Origin: the human T2T-CHM13v2.0 reference genome, Homo sapiens
Length of the DNA: 64,000 nt
Strand: one strand, 5' to 3'
NCBI RefSeq assembly: GCF_009914755.1
Contig: NC_060929.1
The translations under genes were made by a program, and so were the position numbers. This document shows positions 61,184-64,000 of the stretch, in pieces. A model generated the notes under the pieces. The model was not told the origin of the DNA. It did not search any database and was given only the letters and a program-made list of their open reading frames with translations. Position 1 is the first letter of the stretch. Each line of letters starts with the position of its first letter.

Positions 61184-64000
61184 GGTATTGAAAACTAATT
61201 GGTCTTTGACTAATAAAAATTACATAATACTGATTGTAAAATTCCATATAAATAGATCATGATCATTTTAAAATAAAACTTTAATAATAAAATATTAACA
61301 ATTTTATAGTGGCTTGTCACAAAAAGACTAAAAATAAAAAACCAGAAACCCTAAAAATATTATGCATATCTCCTCTTAGATTATGTATTCTTATTGTAGA
61401 TGTGGTGTGTTAGTAAGATTTTCCCACATTTGATATTAATTTAACATTTAAAAACTTATGTCCAGGATTATTTCTTTGAGTATTCATTTGCTATTTTTCA
61501 CATTGACTATTCCTTAAATTTTCTATTCCTGAACTTCCTTGCTATGAACACATAAAGTGAAGGTCAGAAATGGTTAATCTTTGTTCTGCAGTGAGGGCTT
61601 ATCAGGAAATACAAGAATATTCAACAAATGATAAACTATTAGAATTCTCCATGATCACATCATTTTTATTCCCAGCGGGGGTAAAACACAATGAATTAAG
61701 ATCAAGGATTTAATGACAACTTTTCTATTAATTTACCATGTGACATAGGGCAATTCATTGAATTAATTTATTTGCCCCTTGGAGTTGGGGAGCCTGAAAT
61801 TTAAGCCTAACCAACAACCATGTCTTATGAGCTTTGTGATCTTGGGCTAGTTCTTGTTCTTTCATCTATATAATGAATGTAATAACAATTATATCCAGAG
61901 GTGATAGGATGATTAATGAGTTAACTCAAGTAGAAACAGGTTGACTAGAACACGGGGTGCTCTCTGGAAGAAGCTTCACAAGATTTTTTTATTATCATAT
62001 TGAATATGCCAAAACTGAAGATGTAGTCTTCAGCCTTCCAGGACCAGAACTCAATTTATCAGTACATGTCTTTAGGTTGGACTCATATAAACCAGGCTCA
62101 AGAATGCCAGTTTATGGCTTCAAAGTCTCTTCATTGCTGGACCTTCCCTGATCTTCTTGACTAAATGTTGGCATGCCCCTGACTCACTCTCAAACCTTTA
62201 CTCTTTACGCTATATTGTCACTCCATGGATAGGCTCCTGGTTGCAAATACCGTCTACAACTTAACTCTCAAATTGGTGTCTCCAATCCTGTCTTCTCCCT
62301 TGATTTCTAGTTTTTTATATCTAGATTCCTACCTGACATGTCCACTTAGAAATCTGACATCTTACCTCAAAAATAGCCAAAGTCCAACTTTTTACACCCC
62401 GCTAGTTTATTCCTTGTTTACTCCAGCCTATCTGCCTCCTTGCCTTTCCTTCAGTACACCAGGACTTTCCTCCCTTGGACTGTTCCCCCCCTGGATATTG
62501 TATAGCTCACTCCCTAACCCATCAAATACCTCCTCAGAGTGGGCTTCTCTGACCTCAAGCTCCACTAATGTCTGTTGTGTTCACACTACCAACTTGATGG
62601 GCTCCCTACCCAAAGTTTGGGTAGACTGATGTTATACATGCATCAAGAGAATACAAAAAGGTTAACTACTGACAGACCCTTCTGAGGAGAGAAGCAAAGA
62701 GTTCCAAGCATGTCCAAAAATGGCTGGAGAGCAGGGGAAAAGACTGGTTCAACTTTTATTTGATAAAGGAGCATCACTAGGGTGAAAGTTCCTGGGCATT
62801 TAGGCCTGTATATGTTGATCTGAACATACAGCTGGTGCCCAAAGAAAGAGCACTGGGCATTCTCATCAGCTTGCTGAAGAGGAAAGGATAGTGGTGCGGT
62901 GTGAAAGCTGTGAGCAGTCACGCATGAAGAATGGAGATGGACACTGGATTATGAGGTCTGTCTTCTTCATGAAAGTGTCTTCTTTCACTGCTTTATGTTT
63001 CTTCCTAGAGCTTATAATTCCATTACATATTTTATATATAACCTCTTTCTTTATCTCTCTTAATCTTCTTCCCTCCACTATTGCATAAGTTCCATTATGT
63101 ATTATTATATCCTTAGTGCCTAGAATGGTGCCTGACACATAGTAGATCCTCAACAAAATTTGTTAATATTTAAACAAAAGAGAGTAGCAAATAGAACAAG
63201 TCCAGTTGCTGGGATACTTGTGTGCTCATGACCAACATAATCTTTCCCTAGTCTCAGACCTGCAAGGAAAGCTAAATTCTACAGAACGTTGGTGTTTCTG
63301 GAGGGGACAAAGTCCAACAAGGGAATTTGGATAAATCAAAGTTTCTATCGTTGCAGGCAGGGAGTTGGGACTCTGATGCATTCAGGTCACTGCAGAAATG
63401 ACCTTGCTAATGGGACCCTGCACTTTTTGGAACGTTTCATTAATGAGCGCTAGTAGTTGTAGCTCAGGTGACAGTTTTTCTGAGTTTCTAGGAAAAATCA
63501 ACCTCCCTTCACATCTACGCATCCTTTTCTTAGGTGATTTAACACAGTTATTCAAGTTAGAGCCAAGTCTTGCAGACCGTTGGAGCTAGTCTTTCTCTAC
63601 AAGGTGCCTTTGAATGTTCTGGGTCTGAGGCATTTGCTTTCCCTCCACTGTTCTCCCACGTGCTGCAGGATAGAAAGCAGCTATTCAGAGTAAGTAGTCT
63701 GTAAGTAGCAGTTCCTATCCCTGTACTATTATGTCTGGAAAATGAGTTTGAAGTAAGCCGACTTTGTGCTGTAACACTTGAAATCACAGAAGTCTTTTCA
63801 AACTATCTTTTGTGCCTTAAAATCTTTGTTAAACTGATGGCTGTCATCTCTGAAACCACGGCCCACCCAAACTCAGGCTTGAGTTAAAGGCAACATTGAA
63901 AAGATTTTCAGGGGCAGCTGGAACCTGTGCTGTCTTGACCTTGTAGGCCACTCATTTTAAATACTACCAAATCCTTTCTTAAAAGAAGTGCATACTCTCT

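Noticed and set aside
62225-62629. 134-aa ATG-initiated ORF in intron 4
   Set aside because: Ser/Leu/Pro-rich translation of pyrimidine-rich, L2-like sequence with no FATP homology; exon 5 is not found in the window.

Overview
Human genomic DNA (a human-specific AluYb8 is present) covering ~28 kb upstream of SLC27A6 (FATP6, long-chain fatty acid transport protein 6), its CpG-island promoter, and coding exons 1-4 on the + strand. The exons are 28993-29473, 47988-48191, 51455-51613 and 53195-53319; all introns are GT-AG, the exons total 969 coding nt, and the gene continues beyond the window. The first 37 kb is dominated by four large primate L1PA elements, all antisense to the gene: two near full-length, one truncated inside its 5'UTR, and one twin-primed and interrupted. 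The rest holds Alus, old L1M/L2/MIR/MLT1/Tigger relics and a solo HERV-W LTR17 94 bp after exon 4. The most unexpected signal is that the four L1s share inactivating mutations (stops, Trp losses, RT-motif changes) in mutually incompatible pairings. This points to repeated local L1-to-L1 gene conversion around the promoter. A second oddity is a full-length L1 nested in an older L1 with only one 3' end between them. Repeat subfamily calls come from remembered consensus sequences and need RepeatMasker/Dfam confirmation.
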